The notes: generated from the letters alone by a model not told the origin. 49,739 nucleotides of DNA from Sphingomonadales bacterium (GCA_046074325.1 JBJTNX010000070.1:1-49739); one strand, 5' to 3'; shown: positions 1 through 10,269, counted from the first letter of the stretch. Numbers and translations are program-made.

Positions 1-111
1 AATAAAAAATACTATGATCCCCGCAAATGGTTGCGCGAAGGCGAACTTACTTTCGTCAAACGCCTCGAACAATCCTTTGCCGATCTCAATAATATCAATA
101 CACTGATTTAA
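1..111 (+). CDS. fbaA: 3' end of class II fructose-bisphosphate aldolase gene (partial, enters from the left window edge)
   Basis: Frame 1 reads NKKYYDPRKWLREGELTFVKRLEQSFADLNNINTLI then TAA at 109-111. This parallels the C-terminal tail (..YDPR.WLR......RLE.AF..LN....) I recall for class II FbaA. It is absent from the ORF track because no start lies in the window. Confidence 0.6.
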   Translation, partial: NKKYYDPRKWLREGELTFVKRLEQSFADLNNINTLI

Positions 112-114
112 ATT

Positions 115-960
115 ATGTCTTGGTTTAAAAGAAATAAAGAAGGTATCACAACGTCTACTTCCGAAAAAATGGAAGTACCCGAAGGCTTGTGGGTTCGTTG
201 CTCAAATTGCAAAACACTCTACACCAGTGAAGACCTCATGCGCAACAACTACGTTTGCGATCGTTGTTCGCACCACGAACGTATTGGTGCCGCTGAATAT
301 TTCAATTTACTCTTTGATGACCAACAATATGAAGAGCTAGATGCCAACTTGCAATCTGGCGACCCACTTGGTTTTGTCGATACCAAGAAATATACCGATC
401 GGGTTGTAGCAACGCAAAAAGCGACCGGTCTCAAAGATGCCATTCGCACCGCTAAAGGTAATTTAGAAGGTCACAAGTTAGTGGTGGCTGCCATGGATTT
501 TAATTTCATTGGCGGGTCTATGGGTTCGGTTATGGGCGAGAAAATCGCTAGAGCCATAGACGTTGCCATCGCTGAAAAAGCGGCTTTCATGATCATCTCT
601 AAATCTGGAGGGGCCCGCATGATGGAAGCCGGTTTCTCTCTAATGCAAATGGCTAAAGTTTCGGGTAAGCTCGGTCAGCTTGCCGAGGCCAAACTGCCTT
701 ACATTTCTTATCTCACCGATCCAACCACTGGTGGTGTGACCGCTTCCTTTGCCATGCTCGGCGACATCAACATTGCCGAACCTGGTGCGCTCATTGGTTT
801 TGCAGGGCCACGGGTTGTAAAAGAAACCATCGGACGCGACCTCCCAGAAGGCTTTCAAACCAGTGAATTTCTATTGGAGCACGGATTTTTAGATTACATC
901 ATCGAAAGGACCGCCTTGCGCGAAACCCTTGGGCTTTCGCTCAAATTGTTTTTCAATTAA
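115..960 (+). CDS. accD: Acetyl-CoA carboxylase carboxyltransferase beta subunit
   Basis: 281 aa. N-terminal zinc ribbon CSNC...CDRC, followed by the conserved carboxyltransferase core ([37 protein letters not shown]). Confidence 0.9.
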   Translation: MSWFKRNKEGITTSTSEKMEVPEGLWVRCSNCKTLYTSEDLMRNNYVCDRCSHHERIGAAEYFNLLFDDQQYEELDANLQSGDPLGFVDTKKYTDRVVATQKATGLKDAIRTAKGNLEGHKLVVAAMDFNFIGGSMGSVMGEKIARAIDVAIAEKAAFMIISKSGGARMMEAGFSLMQMAKVSGKLGQLAEAKLPYISYLTDPTTGGVTASFAMLGDINIAEPGALIGFAGPRVVKETIGRDLPEGFQTSEFLLEHGFLDYIIERTALRETLGLSLKLFFN

Positions 961-1004
961 TCTTAAATAGTTTGTATTTTAGAGGACTACTATAAGTTCT
1001 CAAC

Positions 1005-4000
1005 ATGAAATACATTCTTTTTCTACTTTTTTGCCTTACCCAGCTCCAACTTTTTGCCCAAGATACGACTTGGGTACAAACGTTTACTTTTGACTCGATT
1101 ACCACGCGTCGGGCTAATTTTCAGTTCCCGGCTTCTCTAGACACCGAGCGCTTCGAAAAAGTGCAGATGTACTACAAGCTGAAGTGCTCACCCCTCACCA
1201 CCTGGGATCAATACGACTGCGGCGAGTGGGATTACCTCACTTACACGCGTGTTTTTGACCACACTGGCATTTTTGATTCGACTGCAGTAAATGGCATGCA
1301 ATTTCTTGCTAATTGGGCCAGTCCTGCTACAGTGAACATCAAGCCTTTGCCATATACAGAAGCCGATCAATACATCGTTCAAGAAATGACCAAAACGGCA
1401 ACGGGTCTTGCTCATTTTGCTATTAACGCAGGAGGTTTAAGTTCGAGTTTACCTTTTGTAACTACCCAACAAGGCAGCCGTTTTCAGTTTATTCTCACTG
1501 CTCAAGAATTACTAGCTGCAGGTGTTCAGCCAGGAGCCATCAAATCCCTGCGTTTCAATATACCGACTGGTGGCTTGTTATTACACCCTTTAATCTCAAT
1601 TGCACCTACAGCGCTCACATCCCTAAATTCTTTTGAACAAGCGAACTTCACAGAAGTTTATAATGCTTCTTTTGCGCCCGGGATGTCTAACCCGCCGTTG
1701 TTGCCGGGTTGGAATACCTTTGTGTTTTACCAAGATTTTATTTGGGATGGCACAGCGAATTTACTTGTGGAATTATCGGTGGATAACGACCTGCCGCTTA
1801 TGCAAAACTTGGAATTTGCCATGGAGACCACAACAATGCCGCTATCAATATCCTATGCTGGGCGTAATGGTATGTTGGCGCTTAATGGTTCAAACCACAC
1901 GATGTCATCTTTTGCCAACGAAGAAATTGGAAACGCATTTACGATTGAATTTTGGGCCAAAGGAAATAGCAACCTCGGCCAAAATACAACTTTAATGGAG
2001 GCGCTCGATACGGCAGGTCGCCGAATCTTTAATATCCATATGCCTTGGAGCAACAATAATATTTACTTTGATGCCGGTGATGAAACAGGCTACGACCGCA
2101 TCAATCAGGCAGCGAGCCCAACTGAAATTGACGATGAATGGAACCATTGGGCTTTTGTCAAAGACCAGGTTAGCGGTCAAATGTTTATTTACAAAAATGG
2201 GCAACTATGGCTCTCTGGTAACAATAAAAACCGTGAAATGGGCTATTTCCACCGACTCATCATTGGGGCCAGCGGCAACCAAAGTTTATCGTGGAAAGGT
2301 AATTTGGACGAAATCCGAATCTACAAAGCTGCGCTTAGTCAGGGTACAATTGCGGCTTATTACCAGCAAAAAATTGACAACAGCCATCCCAATTGGAACA
2401 GTTTGGTACTTTATCACGACTTCGACAACGTGAAGTATGCCAGAGATCTAGGTCCAAACGAACATACGCTAATGCCTTCAGAATACGGCATGATTAAGCC
2501 AAATAATGATCTTTATGTATCTAATCAAGGCCTCAACATCCGCCCGGTTATAGAACTCGGTCAAGGTTCAAATCAAGTTAATTGCTCGACACAATACGTC
2601 AATCAATTTAAATTAAAAGAACCCATTGTTGTTTTCGAACAAGCCCCCTTACACAACCATTTTGAATTGATACAATCATATATCGGGGTACCAAGTGGAA
2701 CCATCGAAAGTTATGATTTTAACGGTGCTTTGATAACGAGCACACCTATTCAAACGACCTTAAGCCTATCGAATCAGGCGCTTACAGTTTACAACCCGCC
2801 ATTTGAAATTATCCACGACGTTGAAATCGCTCGTTATATTACGCCGTACGGCATCCAATTTGACCTTGGTCCAAATGGTTTTACCTGGATTTACGACGTT
2901 ACGGACTACCAGCAATATCTGCACGGCCTGGTTGACCTCGCTGCACACAATACCCAAGAACTCATCGATCTTAAATTTGCCTTTATCAAAGGAACGCCGC
3001 CGCGCGATGTTCTCAATAGAGAACCCATCTGGGCCGACTTCAGGTCCTACAATTTTGGGCAAATGGCTGCAGATGCAGTATTGCAAGCAAATCCTGTCGT
3101 GCTCTCAGATACGGCTGATATGTTTAAAATCAAGACGCGTATGTCTGGTCACGGCCAAGTGGGTGATTACGCGTGTTGCGAGTGGGTCAATAACAGTCAT
3201 CAAATCAAAGTAGACGGGGTGCCGCGTTTCAACTGGAGCATCTGGGATGCCATGGTTTGTGGAGACAACCCAAATATCGGACAGGGTGGAACATGGCCCT
3301 ATGCCCGAGAAGGATGGTGCCCAGGAGACATGGTCAAAGAGTTTGAATTCGAACTGACGCCTTATGTGACGCCCGGAGATACCGTTACACTCGACTATGC
3401 CATCAATGCCGTTCCCACAACCGACCCAGGCCAAGCAGGTGGCAACTACATCGCAGCTTATGACCTCATTTCTTATTCAGCACCTAATTTCCAAAATGAT
3501 GCGGCAGTGGTTGACATCCTGAATCCGAACAATTATGAGTATTATTCGAAATGGAATCCGACGTGTCAAAACCCAAGAATCATCATTAAAAATACAGGTG
3601 CACAACCCCTCACATCATGTCGTATTTTTTGTTGGCTCGACTACGGTTCAAATTTAGTCTACGATTGGACCGGTAATTTAGGGTTTTTGGAGCAAGCGGT
3701 TGTAGAAATTCCGGTGACCGACATGAATTGGTGGTATGAGCAAGACAGTTCTTATACTTTTACAGCCTGGATTGCCGATGTCAACGGGATCATCGGACCA
3801 GATCAATACAATCAAAACAGCTTAATGACTGTCAAATACGACGCACCTGAGCGCATCGATGGTCCTTTCTTTATTTGGCTGACCACCAACAACAAAGCCA
3901 CCGAAAACAGTTATCAATTACTTGACCACGCCGGTAATGTTTTGTTTGAGCGCACCAACTTACAAAACACGACCCAATACAAAGACACGTTTGATTTGGC

Positions 4001-4463
4001 ACCTGGTTGCTATTCAATCATTATCGAAGATACCGATCAAGATGGTTTGGCCTTCTGGTACTCGGCTCAGGTAGAAGGCGAGACCTCAGGGCAAATGCGT
4101 TTGCGCAAGGTAGGTGGGAGCTATATTGAATTCTTCCCAGGAGATTTTGGACGTTACCACCGTTACGATTTCACGGTAGGTTTCACCCTCGATGTTCCAG
4201 AATTACAAAATGAGCCTTCCATTGCAATTTTTCCAAATCCGGGTGCAGGCCTCACGACTGTAGAGTTAAACGGACAAATCAATGGACAAGCCAGGTTACA
4301 ATTAGTAGATCTTACGGGGCGGATCTTATATCAAGAGAACATGAAAGCGACAGCTGATTTTGCCGAAAGTTTCATAAACATGAGTGGGTATCCTTCCGGA
4401 ACTTATCTTTTTCAAATTGACACCCCACAAGGTACTTACACTCAAAAATATATCAGACAGTAA
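1005..4463 (+). CDS. Large secreted T9SS cargo protein with a LamG/concanavalin-like domain and a PNGase F-like C-terminal-type domain
   Basis: 1152 aa. Signal peptide MKYILFLLFCLTQLQLFAQ. LamG-like block (FTIEFWAKGNS...WNHWAFVKD...MFIYKNGQLW...GNLDEIRIYKAAL). Cys-rich block GHGQVGDYACCEWVNNSHQIKVDG...GGTWPYAREGWCPGD, reminiscent of peptide-N-glycosidase F. Terminal about 80 aa (IAIFPNPGAGLTTVEL...GTYLFQI) is a T9SS type A sorting domain. Confidence 0.7.
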   Translation: MKYILFLLFCLTQLQLFAQDTTWVQTFTFDSITTRRANFQFPASLDTERFEKVQMYYKLKCSPLTTWDQYDCGEWDYLTYTRVFDHTGIFDSTAVNGMQFLANWASPATVNIKPLPYTEADQYIVQEMTKTATGLAHFAINAGGLSSSLPFVTTQQGSRFQFILTAQELLAAGVQPGAIKSLRFNIPTGGLLLHPLISIAPTALTSLNSFEQANFTEVYNASFAPGMSNPPLLPGWNTFVFYQDFIWDGTANLLVELSVDNDLPLMQNLEFAMETTTMPLSISYAGRNGMLALNGSNHTMSSFANEEIGNAFTIEFWAKGNSNLGQNTTLMEALDTAGRRIFNIHMPWSNNNIYFDAGDETGYDRINQAASPTEIDDEWNHWAFVKDQVSGQMFIYKNGQLWLSGNNKNREMGYFHRLIIGASGNQSLSWKGNLDEIRIYKAALSQGTIAAYYQQKIDNSHPNWNSLVLYHDFDNVKYARDLGPNEHTLMPSEYGMIKPNNDLYVSNQGLNIRPVIELGQGSNQVNCSTQYVNQFKLKEPIVVFEQAPLHNHFELIQSYIGVPSGTIESYDFNGALITSTPIQTTLSLSNQALTVYNPPFEIIHDVEIARYITPYGIQFDLGPNGFTWIYDVTDYQQYLHGLVDLAAHNTQELIDLKFAFIKGTPPRDVLNREPIWADFRSYNFGQMAADAVLQANPVVLSDTADMFKIKTRMSGHGQVGDYACCEWVNNSHQIKVDGVPRFNWSIWDAMVCGDNPNIGQGGTWPYAREGWCPGDMVKEFEFELTPYVTPGDTVTLDYAINAVPTTDPGQAGGNYIAAYDLISYSAPNFQNDAAVVDILNPNNYEYYSKWNPTCQNPRIIIKNTGAQPLTSCRIFCWLDYGSNLVYDWTGNLGFLEQAVVEIPVTDMNWWYEQDSSYTFTAWIADVNGIIGPDQYNQNSLMTVKYDAPERIDGPFFIWLTTNNKATENSYQLLDHAGNVLFERTNLQNTTQYKDTFDLAPGCYSIIIEDTDQDGLAFWYSAQVEGETSGQMRLRKVGGSYIEFFPGDFGRYHRYDFTVGFTLDVPELQNEPSIAIFPNPGAGLTTVELNGQINGQARLQLVDLTGRILYQENMKATADFAESFINMSGYPSGTYLFQIDTPQGTYTQKYIRQ

Positions 4464-6809
4464 ATGAGAAAGAGGTTCAGCATTATTGCTTTTGTTTTTT
4501 GCACATTTTTCAGTTCCTTTTTGTGGAGCCAATTTTCCATTGATTCGTTGTCGCACATCGACTACCAGGCCTTGCATGGCGCCAATCTAAATGATGTTTG
4601 GGGCTACACCGACGAATTCGGAAATGAATATGCTATTGTGGGGACATCAAAAGGAACCTCAATTGTAGATATTACCAATGGCGCACAACCGCAAGAGGTT
4701 TTCTGGATGCCCGGATCTGAATCCATCTGGAGAGACCCCTGTGTTTATGGGAACTACGCTTACGTCACCACTGAAGCCGAAGACGGCTTGCTCATCATTG
4801 ACCTGAGTCCTTTGCCGCAGTCGACCAATCTACCAACCACGCTTTACACCGGGCCTTCAGCCAATCCGTGGCAAAGCGCGCATACTTGCTTTACCTCTAG
4901 CAACGGTTACGCGTACATTTTTGGCGCCAATCGGGGAGAAGGCGGTGTGATTATTTTAGATCTGAACACTGACCCCATGCAGCCTATAGAAGTTGGCACC
5001 TTCGATATTTCATATGTACACGACGGATTTGAACGAAACGATACGCTTTATACCGCACACATTTATGATGGTTATTTTTGTATTGTAGATGTCTCCGATC
5101 ACAGCAATCCTGTACTGCTCGCTACACAAGGAACGCCAAACTTATTTACCCACAATATTTGGCCCAGTGCCGATGGTGCTACTGTTTACACCACCGACGA
5201 AATCTCAGGTGCTTTTGTAGCGGCTTACGACATCTCAAATCTTCAGCAAATTCAAGAATTAGATCGCGTCCAAAGTCAAGAAGGAACAGCAGTTATTCCA
5301 CACAACACGCACGTTAAAGGTGCTTATTTGGTAACCAGTTACTACAGTGATGGCGTTGTGGTTCACGACGCCCACGACCCGTCCAATCTGATTAAACTAG
5401 GAAGTTTTGACACCTATCCCGGCCAAACATCTGGTTTTGATGGCTGCTGGGGTGTGTATCCTTTTTTTGCCTCCAATAAAGCAGTAGCGGCAGACATCAC
5501 TGAAGGCTTATTTGTTTTACAAATCAATTATGCGCCTGCTGCAACTTTAGTCGGTGTAGTCAAGGACTTAGTTAGTGGCCAAGAACTGGCGCAGGTCAGT
5601 GTTTCTTTGCTTGGGGCAGCAATGTCCGAAAAAACCAATGCGCAAGGTGTCTACAAAACAGGAATGGCAACTTCGGGAACATATGTCGTCGAAGTAAACA
5701 AACCCGGTTATTATCCTCAAACCGTACAAGTCAGTTTGATCGAAGGCACCACCACTACTCAGAACTTTAATTTATTGCCAATACCACCTTTTAACCTAAG
5801 CGTAAAAGTTTTAGAAGAAGGCACAAATTTGCCGGTAACCAATGCCCAAATTAAACTCGTACACCCGCAAATTACGCATGTTGGTATTACCAACGGAATT
5901 GGCCAAGAGGATCTCACTCTTTTTTATCAAGACGACTACCAATTGGTCGTTGGCAAATGGGGTTTTCAAACCAAATGCAGTACACCTCTAATTAATGCGG
6001 CTACACAAGAACTCATTGTCTATCTACAAAAAGGATATTACGATGACTTTACCTTTGATTTTGGTTGGAATACCATCAATAGTGCCGAGACGGGTTCGTG
6101 GGAACGCGCCAAACCCAATCCTACAACGAATACCGTACTTGATCAAGATACGCCATTGGATTGTTTTAATGAATGCATGGTGACCGGAAATGGCAGTAGC
6201 CCAAATCCAGATCAAAACGATGTCGATAACGGTTTTACAACCTTGATCTCTCCTGTATTTAATCTCGATGGACTAAGCACACCTTATTTGAACTACGCGC
6301 GTTCCTTTTATTGTTTTCACGGGCCAGGCAATTTCGATGATACGCTTTTGATCACACTAAGTAATGGCATTGACCAAGTCGTATTGGAAGAAGTCATAGC
6401 GCCGCAAGGCGATCCAATGACTTGGGCTTATAAAAGTATTGCGTTAACAGGTCTGCTGCCATTTACCAATAATATGCAGCTTTTTGTGCGCACTGCAGAC
6501 TACGCTGGCAATCCGAATATCACCGAGGCGGCGTTTGATCATTTTAGCATCAGCAATGAATCAATTTTAGCACTTCAAGACCTAGAGCCTGTGCTTTCTC
6601 TTTATCCAAATCCAGGACAAGATCAACTTTCAATCCAAGGGCTTACTGCGAACCAACGCATTAAAATCTATCAATTAGACGGTAAAGTTTTCTTCGAAGG
6701 AACACGCAATGCAACCGATGCCAATGTGCTTACCACTGGATTTCCAAATGGTTTTTACATTGTAGAAATAGACAACACACGGCTTACCTGGATCAAAACA
6801 GGACAATAA
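4464..6809 (+). CDS. Secreted T9SS cargo protein: choice-of-anchor B / LVIVD-repeat beta-propeller plus a carboxypeptidase-regulatory-like domain
   Basis: 781 aa with a signal peptide. NDVWGYTDEFGNEYAIVGTSKGTSIVDITN...LLIIDLSP pattern typical of LVIVD / choice-of-anchor B proteins. GVVKDLVSGQELAQVSVSLLG...GTYVVEVNKPGYY is a CarboxypepD_reg-like fold. C-terminal LSLYPNPGQDQLSI...GFYIVEI is a T9SS CTD. The start abuts the previous stop (TAA ATG). Confidence 0.75.
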   Translation: MRKRFSIIAFVFCTFFSSFLWSQFSIDSLSHIDYQALHGANLNDVWGYTDEFGNEYAIVGTSKGTSIVDITNGAQPQEVFWMPGSESIWRDPCVYGNYAYVTTEAEDGLLIIDLSPLPQSTNLPTTLYTGPSANPWQSAHTCFTSSNGYAYIFGANRGEGGVIILDLNTDPMQPIEVGTFDISYVHDGFERNDTLYTAHIYDGYFCIVDVSDHSNPVLLATQGTPNLFTHNIWPSADGATVYTTDEISGAFVAAYDISNLQQIQELDRVQSQEGTAVIPHNTHVKGAYLVTSYYSDGVVVHDAHDPSNLIKLGSFDTYPGQTSGFDGCWGVYPFFASNKAVAADITEGLFVLQINYAPAATLVGVVKDLVSGQELAQVSVSLLGAAMSEKTNAQGVYKTGMATSGTYVVEVNKPGYYPQTVQVSLIEGTTTTQNFNLLPIPPFNLSVKVLEEGTNLPVTNAQIKLVHPQITHVGITNGIGQEDLTLFYQDDYQLVVGKWGFQTKCSTPLINAATQELIVYLQKGYYDDFTFDFGWNTINSAETGSWERAKPNPTTNTVLDQDTPLDCFNECMVTGNGSSPNPDQNDVDNGFTTLISPVFNLDGLSTPYLNYARSFYCFHGPGNFDDTLLITLSNGIDQVVLEEVIAPQGDPMTWAYKSIALTGLLPFTNNMQLFVRTADYAGNPNITEAAFDHFSISNESILALQDLEPVLSLYPNPGQDQLSIQGLTANQRIKIYQLDGKVFFEGTRNATDANVLTTGFPNGFYIVEIDNTRLTWIKTGQ

Positions 6810-6813
6810 AATG

Positions 6814-6821
6814 TATCTTTG
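6814..6821 (+). promoter_or_regulatory. Candidate Bacteroidota -7 promoter box (TATCTTTG) for the glycosyltransferase cassette
   Basis: Exact match to TAnnTTTG, 17 nt upstream of the ATG at 6839, in the only intergenic gap before the cassette. Confidence 0.35.
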
Positions 6822-6838
6822 ACCTGAAGAAACTGCCC

Positions 6839-7783
6839 ATGCAACTATCAATAGTTATACCGCTTTACAACGAAGCAGAGTCTCTGCCAGCACTCCACGA
6901 CTGGATTGTGCGCGTCATGGATGCCCATTCCTTTTCTTACGAAATATGGTTCATCGACGACGGCAGTAAAGACAACTCATGGGAAGTAATCACCGCGCTG
7001 AGCGTACAAAATAAAGCGGTCAATGCCTTGCGATTTCAACGCAACTATGGTAAATCTGCAGCTCTGCAAGTGGGGTTTGAGGCTGCTCAAGGAGAGGTCG
7101 TTATTACCATGGACGCCGATTTACAAGATTCACCCGATGAAATTCCAGAATTGTTCCGCATGGTGACCCAAGAAGACCTAGACGTCGTCTCTGGCTGGAA
7201 AAAAGTAAGACATGACCCTATTTCAAAAACGGTCCCAACCAAACTCTACAATTGGGCAGCGCGCCGTATCACTGGCATTCACCTCCACGATTTCAATTGC
7301 GGCCTCAAAGCATATAAAAATGAGGTGGTCAAAAGTATTGAGCTCTATGGCGATATGCACCGCTATATTCCTGCTCTTGCAAAATATGCAGGCTTCCATA
7401 AAATCGGAGAAAAAGTGGTGGTGCACCGTGCACGTCAATTTGGCGTCACCAAATTTGGACTCAATCGGTTTTTGAATGGCCCACTGGACCTCATGACCGT
7501 CGCCTTTATGGGCAAATTTGGCAAAAAACCAATGCACTTTTTTGGAGCGGTTGGTTTATTTATGTTTGTCTTAGGCTTTGGTCTCTTTGCCTACATGGGA
7601 ATAGACAAACTTCTTATCCACCACACCGCAGAGCGCTTGTCAACGCGCACCGATTTTTATGTGGCCTTAGTTGCCATGGTAATTGGTGTTCAGTTTTTCA
7701 TGGCTGGGTTTATTGCAGAGCTCATCGGCCGAAATTCCAGTACGCGCAACCATTATCTTATATCCGGCAAAATCAGTCAATGA
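6839..7783 (+). CDS. Family 2 glycosyltransferase, polyprenyl-phosphate sugar transferase type (GtrB/ArnC/DPM1-like)
   Basis: 314 aa. LSIVIPLYNE start, DDGSKD and TMDADLQD motifs, plus two C-terminal TM helices as in GtrB-like enzymes. Confidence 0.85.
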   Translation: MQLSIVIPLYNEAESLPALHDWIVRVMDAHSFSYEIWFIDDGSKDNSWEVITALSVQNKAVNALRFQRNYGKSAALQVGFEAAQGEVVITMDADLQDSPDEIPELFRMVTQEDLDVVSGWKKVRHDPISKTVPTKLYNWAARRITGIHLHDFNCGLKAYKNEVVKSIELYGDMHRYIPALAKYAGFHKIGEKVVVHRARQFGVTKFGLNRFLNGPLDLMTVAFMGKFGKKPMHFFGAVGLFMFVLGFGLFAYMGIDKLLIHHTAERLSTRTDFYVALVAMVIGVQFFMAGFIAELIGRNSSTRNHYLISGKISQ

Positions 7784-8319
7784 CCAACGTCTTGCAAATA
7801 GGTCCAGGCTGGACGCTGTTCTTAGACCGCGATGGTGTCATCAATGAGCGTATCTTTGACAATTATGTATTAGATTGGTCCGACTTTCATTTTACGCCTG
7901 GTCTTTTGGACAACGCAGCCAAAATAGGAGCAGCATTTGAGCGCGTCATTGTAGTGACCAATCAACAATGTATTGCAAAGGGCCTTTTAAATCAGGGTCA
8001 ACTCGACGACATTCATCGTCAAATGTGCCTAGAATTGGCCAAAGCGGGCTTGCACATCGATTTGGTTTTAGCTGCCACGGAATTCAAAAATGGCAACCCT
8101 CAAAGGCGCAAGCCCCATACCCAAATGGGTCTTGAAGCCCAAATGCGTTTTCCTGAAATCGACTTTTCTAAATCCATAATGGTTGGTGACACCAATACAG
8201 ATATCCAATTTGGCAAGAAACTTGGAATGTTCACCATTTTAGTGGAATCAATAGAACGCGTGAAAGAGTCACCCGATTTGCGCATTCCAAACCTTGCCCA
8301 TTTAAGTCAATACCTATGA
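7780..8319 (+). CDS. HAD-IIIA family phosphatase, GmhB-like (D,D-heptose 1,7-bisphosphate phosphatase family)
   Basis: 179 aa. Motifs LDRDGVIN, VVTNQ..IAKG, RRKP, MVGDT.TD. The zinc-binding CPHHP insert of E. coli GmhB is absent. ATGA overlap with the upstream gene. Confidence 0.7.
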   Translation: MTNVLQIGPGWTLFLDRDGVINERIFDNYVLDWSDFHFTPGLLDNAAKIGAAFERVIVVTNQQCIAKGLLNQGQLDDIHRQMCLELAKAGLHIDLVLAATEFKNGNPQRRKPHTQMGLEAQMRFPEIDFSKSIMVGDTNTDIQFGKKLGMFTILVESIERVKESPDLRIPNLAHLSQYL

Positions 8320-9074
8320 GAATAGCTGTTTTCATTTTTTCTTGTTTCACTTTCATTCAGGTGGCTCAGGGCCAGCTCAATCAGACCGATGCAAAAGGCC
8401 GCAAACAAGGTCCTTGGCAGAAAAATTACCCCGGTACGAACGTAATGCAATACAAGGGAGCCTTCAAGGACGACAAACCCATAGGCACCTTTATTTATTA
8501 TTTTGAGTCTGGTCAAAAAAAAGCAGAATTGCAGCATGGTCTGCCCGGTGGTGTTACCGCAGCTTTATTATTCTTTGAGAACGGTCAGTTGCTATCCGAT
8601 GGTTTTTATAAAGGTGAGAAAAAAGACTCCTTGTGGTATAATTATGCGCCCAGTGGAGAGCTTATGAGCGCAGAAAATTACAAACTAGACCAACTTCACG
8701 GCAAGTCGACTTATTATTTCAAAGAGGGTCAGTTTTTGGAGCAAAAACTTCAAGTGCAGAAAGTGGTCCACTATACAAATGGCAAGTTAGACGGCGCCTA
8801 TAAAGAATATTTTTACAACGGTAAGGCTAAGTTGGAAGGCACTTACCAACAAGGTCAGCGCTTTGGGCTTTGGACCGAGTACTACAACACGGGTCAGGTA
8901 ATGACTAAAGTAAATTACCAACGCGACCTACCACATGGCTGGATGACCTATTTTGACAAACTGGGCAACACCAAAAAACGCGTCATGTACCGAGATGGTT
9001 ATGCGCTTACAGACAAAGAGCTCAAGGCTTTTTTAGAGCGTTGTAAAGCTCAAAATTTAGATCCGAACCAATGA
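8316..9074 (+). CDS. Secreted MORN-variant repeat protein (YwqK-like family)
   Basis: 252 aa. Signal peptide MRIAVFIFSCFTFIQVAQG. Repeated G.....Y..GK..G....Y..NG units. ATGA overlaps at both ends. Confidence 0.65.
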   Translation: MRIAVFIFSCFTFIQVAQGQLNQTDAKGRKQGPWQKNYPGTNVMQYKGAFKDDKPIGTFIYYFESGQKKAELQHGLPGGVTAALLFFENGQLLSDGFYKGEKKDSLWYNYAPSGELMSAENYKLDQLHGKSTYYFKEGQFLEQKLQVQKVVHYTNGKLDGAYKEYFYNGKAKLEGTYQQGQRFGLWTEYYNTGQVMTKVNYQRDLPHGWMTYFDKLGNTKKRVMYRDGYALTDKELKAFLERCKAQNLDPNQ

Positions 9075-10198
9075 GCAAACAAAAGGAAACGTGGGTCTTT
9101 TTCTCTGCGCTTGCGCCATTTCGGGGTGGCATTTCGAAATTCAGCATGTGCGTATTACAAGCTCTACAAAAGCAGCAAGAGGTCAAAGCCTTTACTTTTA
9201 TTAAACAATACCCAAACTTCCTTTTTCCGGGTTCTTCTCAATTTGATGCTACCGTACAAACCACTCATTTTGAACGTGTCGCGTCTACCTTTAATCCACT
9301 GACTTATCTGCTTGCTGCCCTGCGTTTTAGAAAAGAAAAACCCGCTGTGTTTGTCACGTCTTACTGGATGACATTCATGGCGCCCATGATGGTATTCTGG
9401 ACCTGGTTTTTACCTAAATCGACCCATAAAATAGCGATCATACACAACTTAAACCCGCATGAAAAGCGCTTTTTTGATCGCTTCTTCAATCGGCTTTTCT
9501 TGAACGCTTACGACGCATTTGTTGTGCTATCTGCAGCTGTTGAAACCGAGGTGTTGGCACTCAAACCGCAGGCCAAGGTAATTGTTTTGCCGCATCCTCC
9601 ATACGAGGCCAAACCAACAACGCTATCCAAAGAAGAAGCTTGTGAAGCGCTGGGCCTCGATCCACAAAAAAAGACGCTCTTATTTTTTGGTCTTATTCGG
9701 CCCTACAAAGGGCTTTCTGAATTAATAGCCGCATTTGAGCTGCTCGACGAAAGCTATCAGCTCTTAATTGCCGGCGAAGTCTACGGAGACCCCACTGTAT
9801 ATCATGAGGCCTTGAATAAATTGCCGTTCAACAATTGGAAGTTTGTTTCTACGTACATTCCTGAGTCCGATGTCGCTACTTACTTTAGGGCTTCCGATTT
9901 AGTCGTTTTGCCCTATTTAAGTGCCACGCAATCTGGGGTTCGGGCGCTCGCTTTGAGCCAAGAACGTGCCGTACTTTGTACGAATGTGGGGGGCTTGGCT
10001 GAAGGGCTTTCTTCCAACGGACACGGTTTTGAATTGCATTCCACGCAGTCTTTTGAGTTTGCTTCACAGCTCCAACATCTTTTTAATCAGGAAGATATAC
10101 GAAGATGCAACGAACAGCTTGTGCTTCAAAAGCTGAATCTCGATGAAGCTTGGTCTCAATTCGCTAAAGGCCTGATTACCTTAGCAGAACGCGGCTAG
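9071..10198 (+). CDS. GT-B fold glycosyltransferase (family 4/1-like)
   Basis: 375 aa. LLFFGLIRPYKG, LLIAGE, ASDLVVLPY...SGV...A......V..TNVGGLAE pattern of GT4 enzymes. Confidence 0.8.
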   Translation: MSKQKETWVFFSALAPFRGGISKFSMCVLQALQKQQEVKAFTFIKQYPNFLFPGSSQFDATVQTTHFERVASTFNPLTYLLAALRFRKEKPAVFVTSYWMTFMAPMMVFWTWFLPKSTHKIAIIHNLNPHEKRFFDRFFNRLFLNAYDAFVVLSAAVETEVLALKPQAKVIVLPHPPYEAKPTTLSKEEACEALGLDPQKKTLLFFGLIRPYKGLSELIAAFELLDESYQLLIAGEVYGDPTVYHEALNKLPFNNWKFVSTYIPESDVATYFRASDLVVLPYLSATQSGVRALALSQERAVLCTNVGGLAEGLSSNGHGFELHSTQSFEFASQLQHLFNQEDIRRCNEQLVLQKLNLDEAWSQFAKGLITLAERG

Positions 10199-10206
10199 AT
10201 ATTTTA

Positions 10207-10238
10207 TTTGAATTTCAAGTTGCAAAATCCTATATTTG
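10207..10238 (+). promoter_or_regulatory. Candidate secDF promoter (-33 TTTG / -7 TATATTTG)
   Basis: TTTG at 10207-10210 and TATATTTG at 10231-10238 (20-nt spacer), 31 nt upstream of the ATG at 10270. Confidence 0.4.
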
Positions 10239-10269
10239 CAACCTTAATTCAAATTCAAAAATTCAAGAA

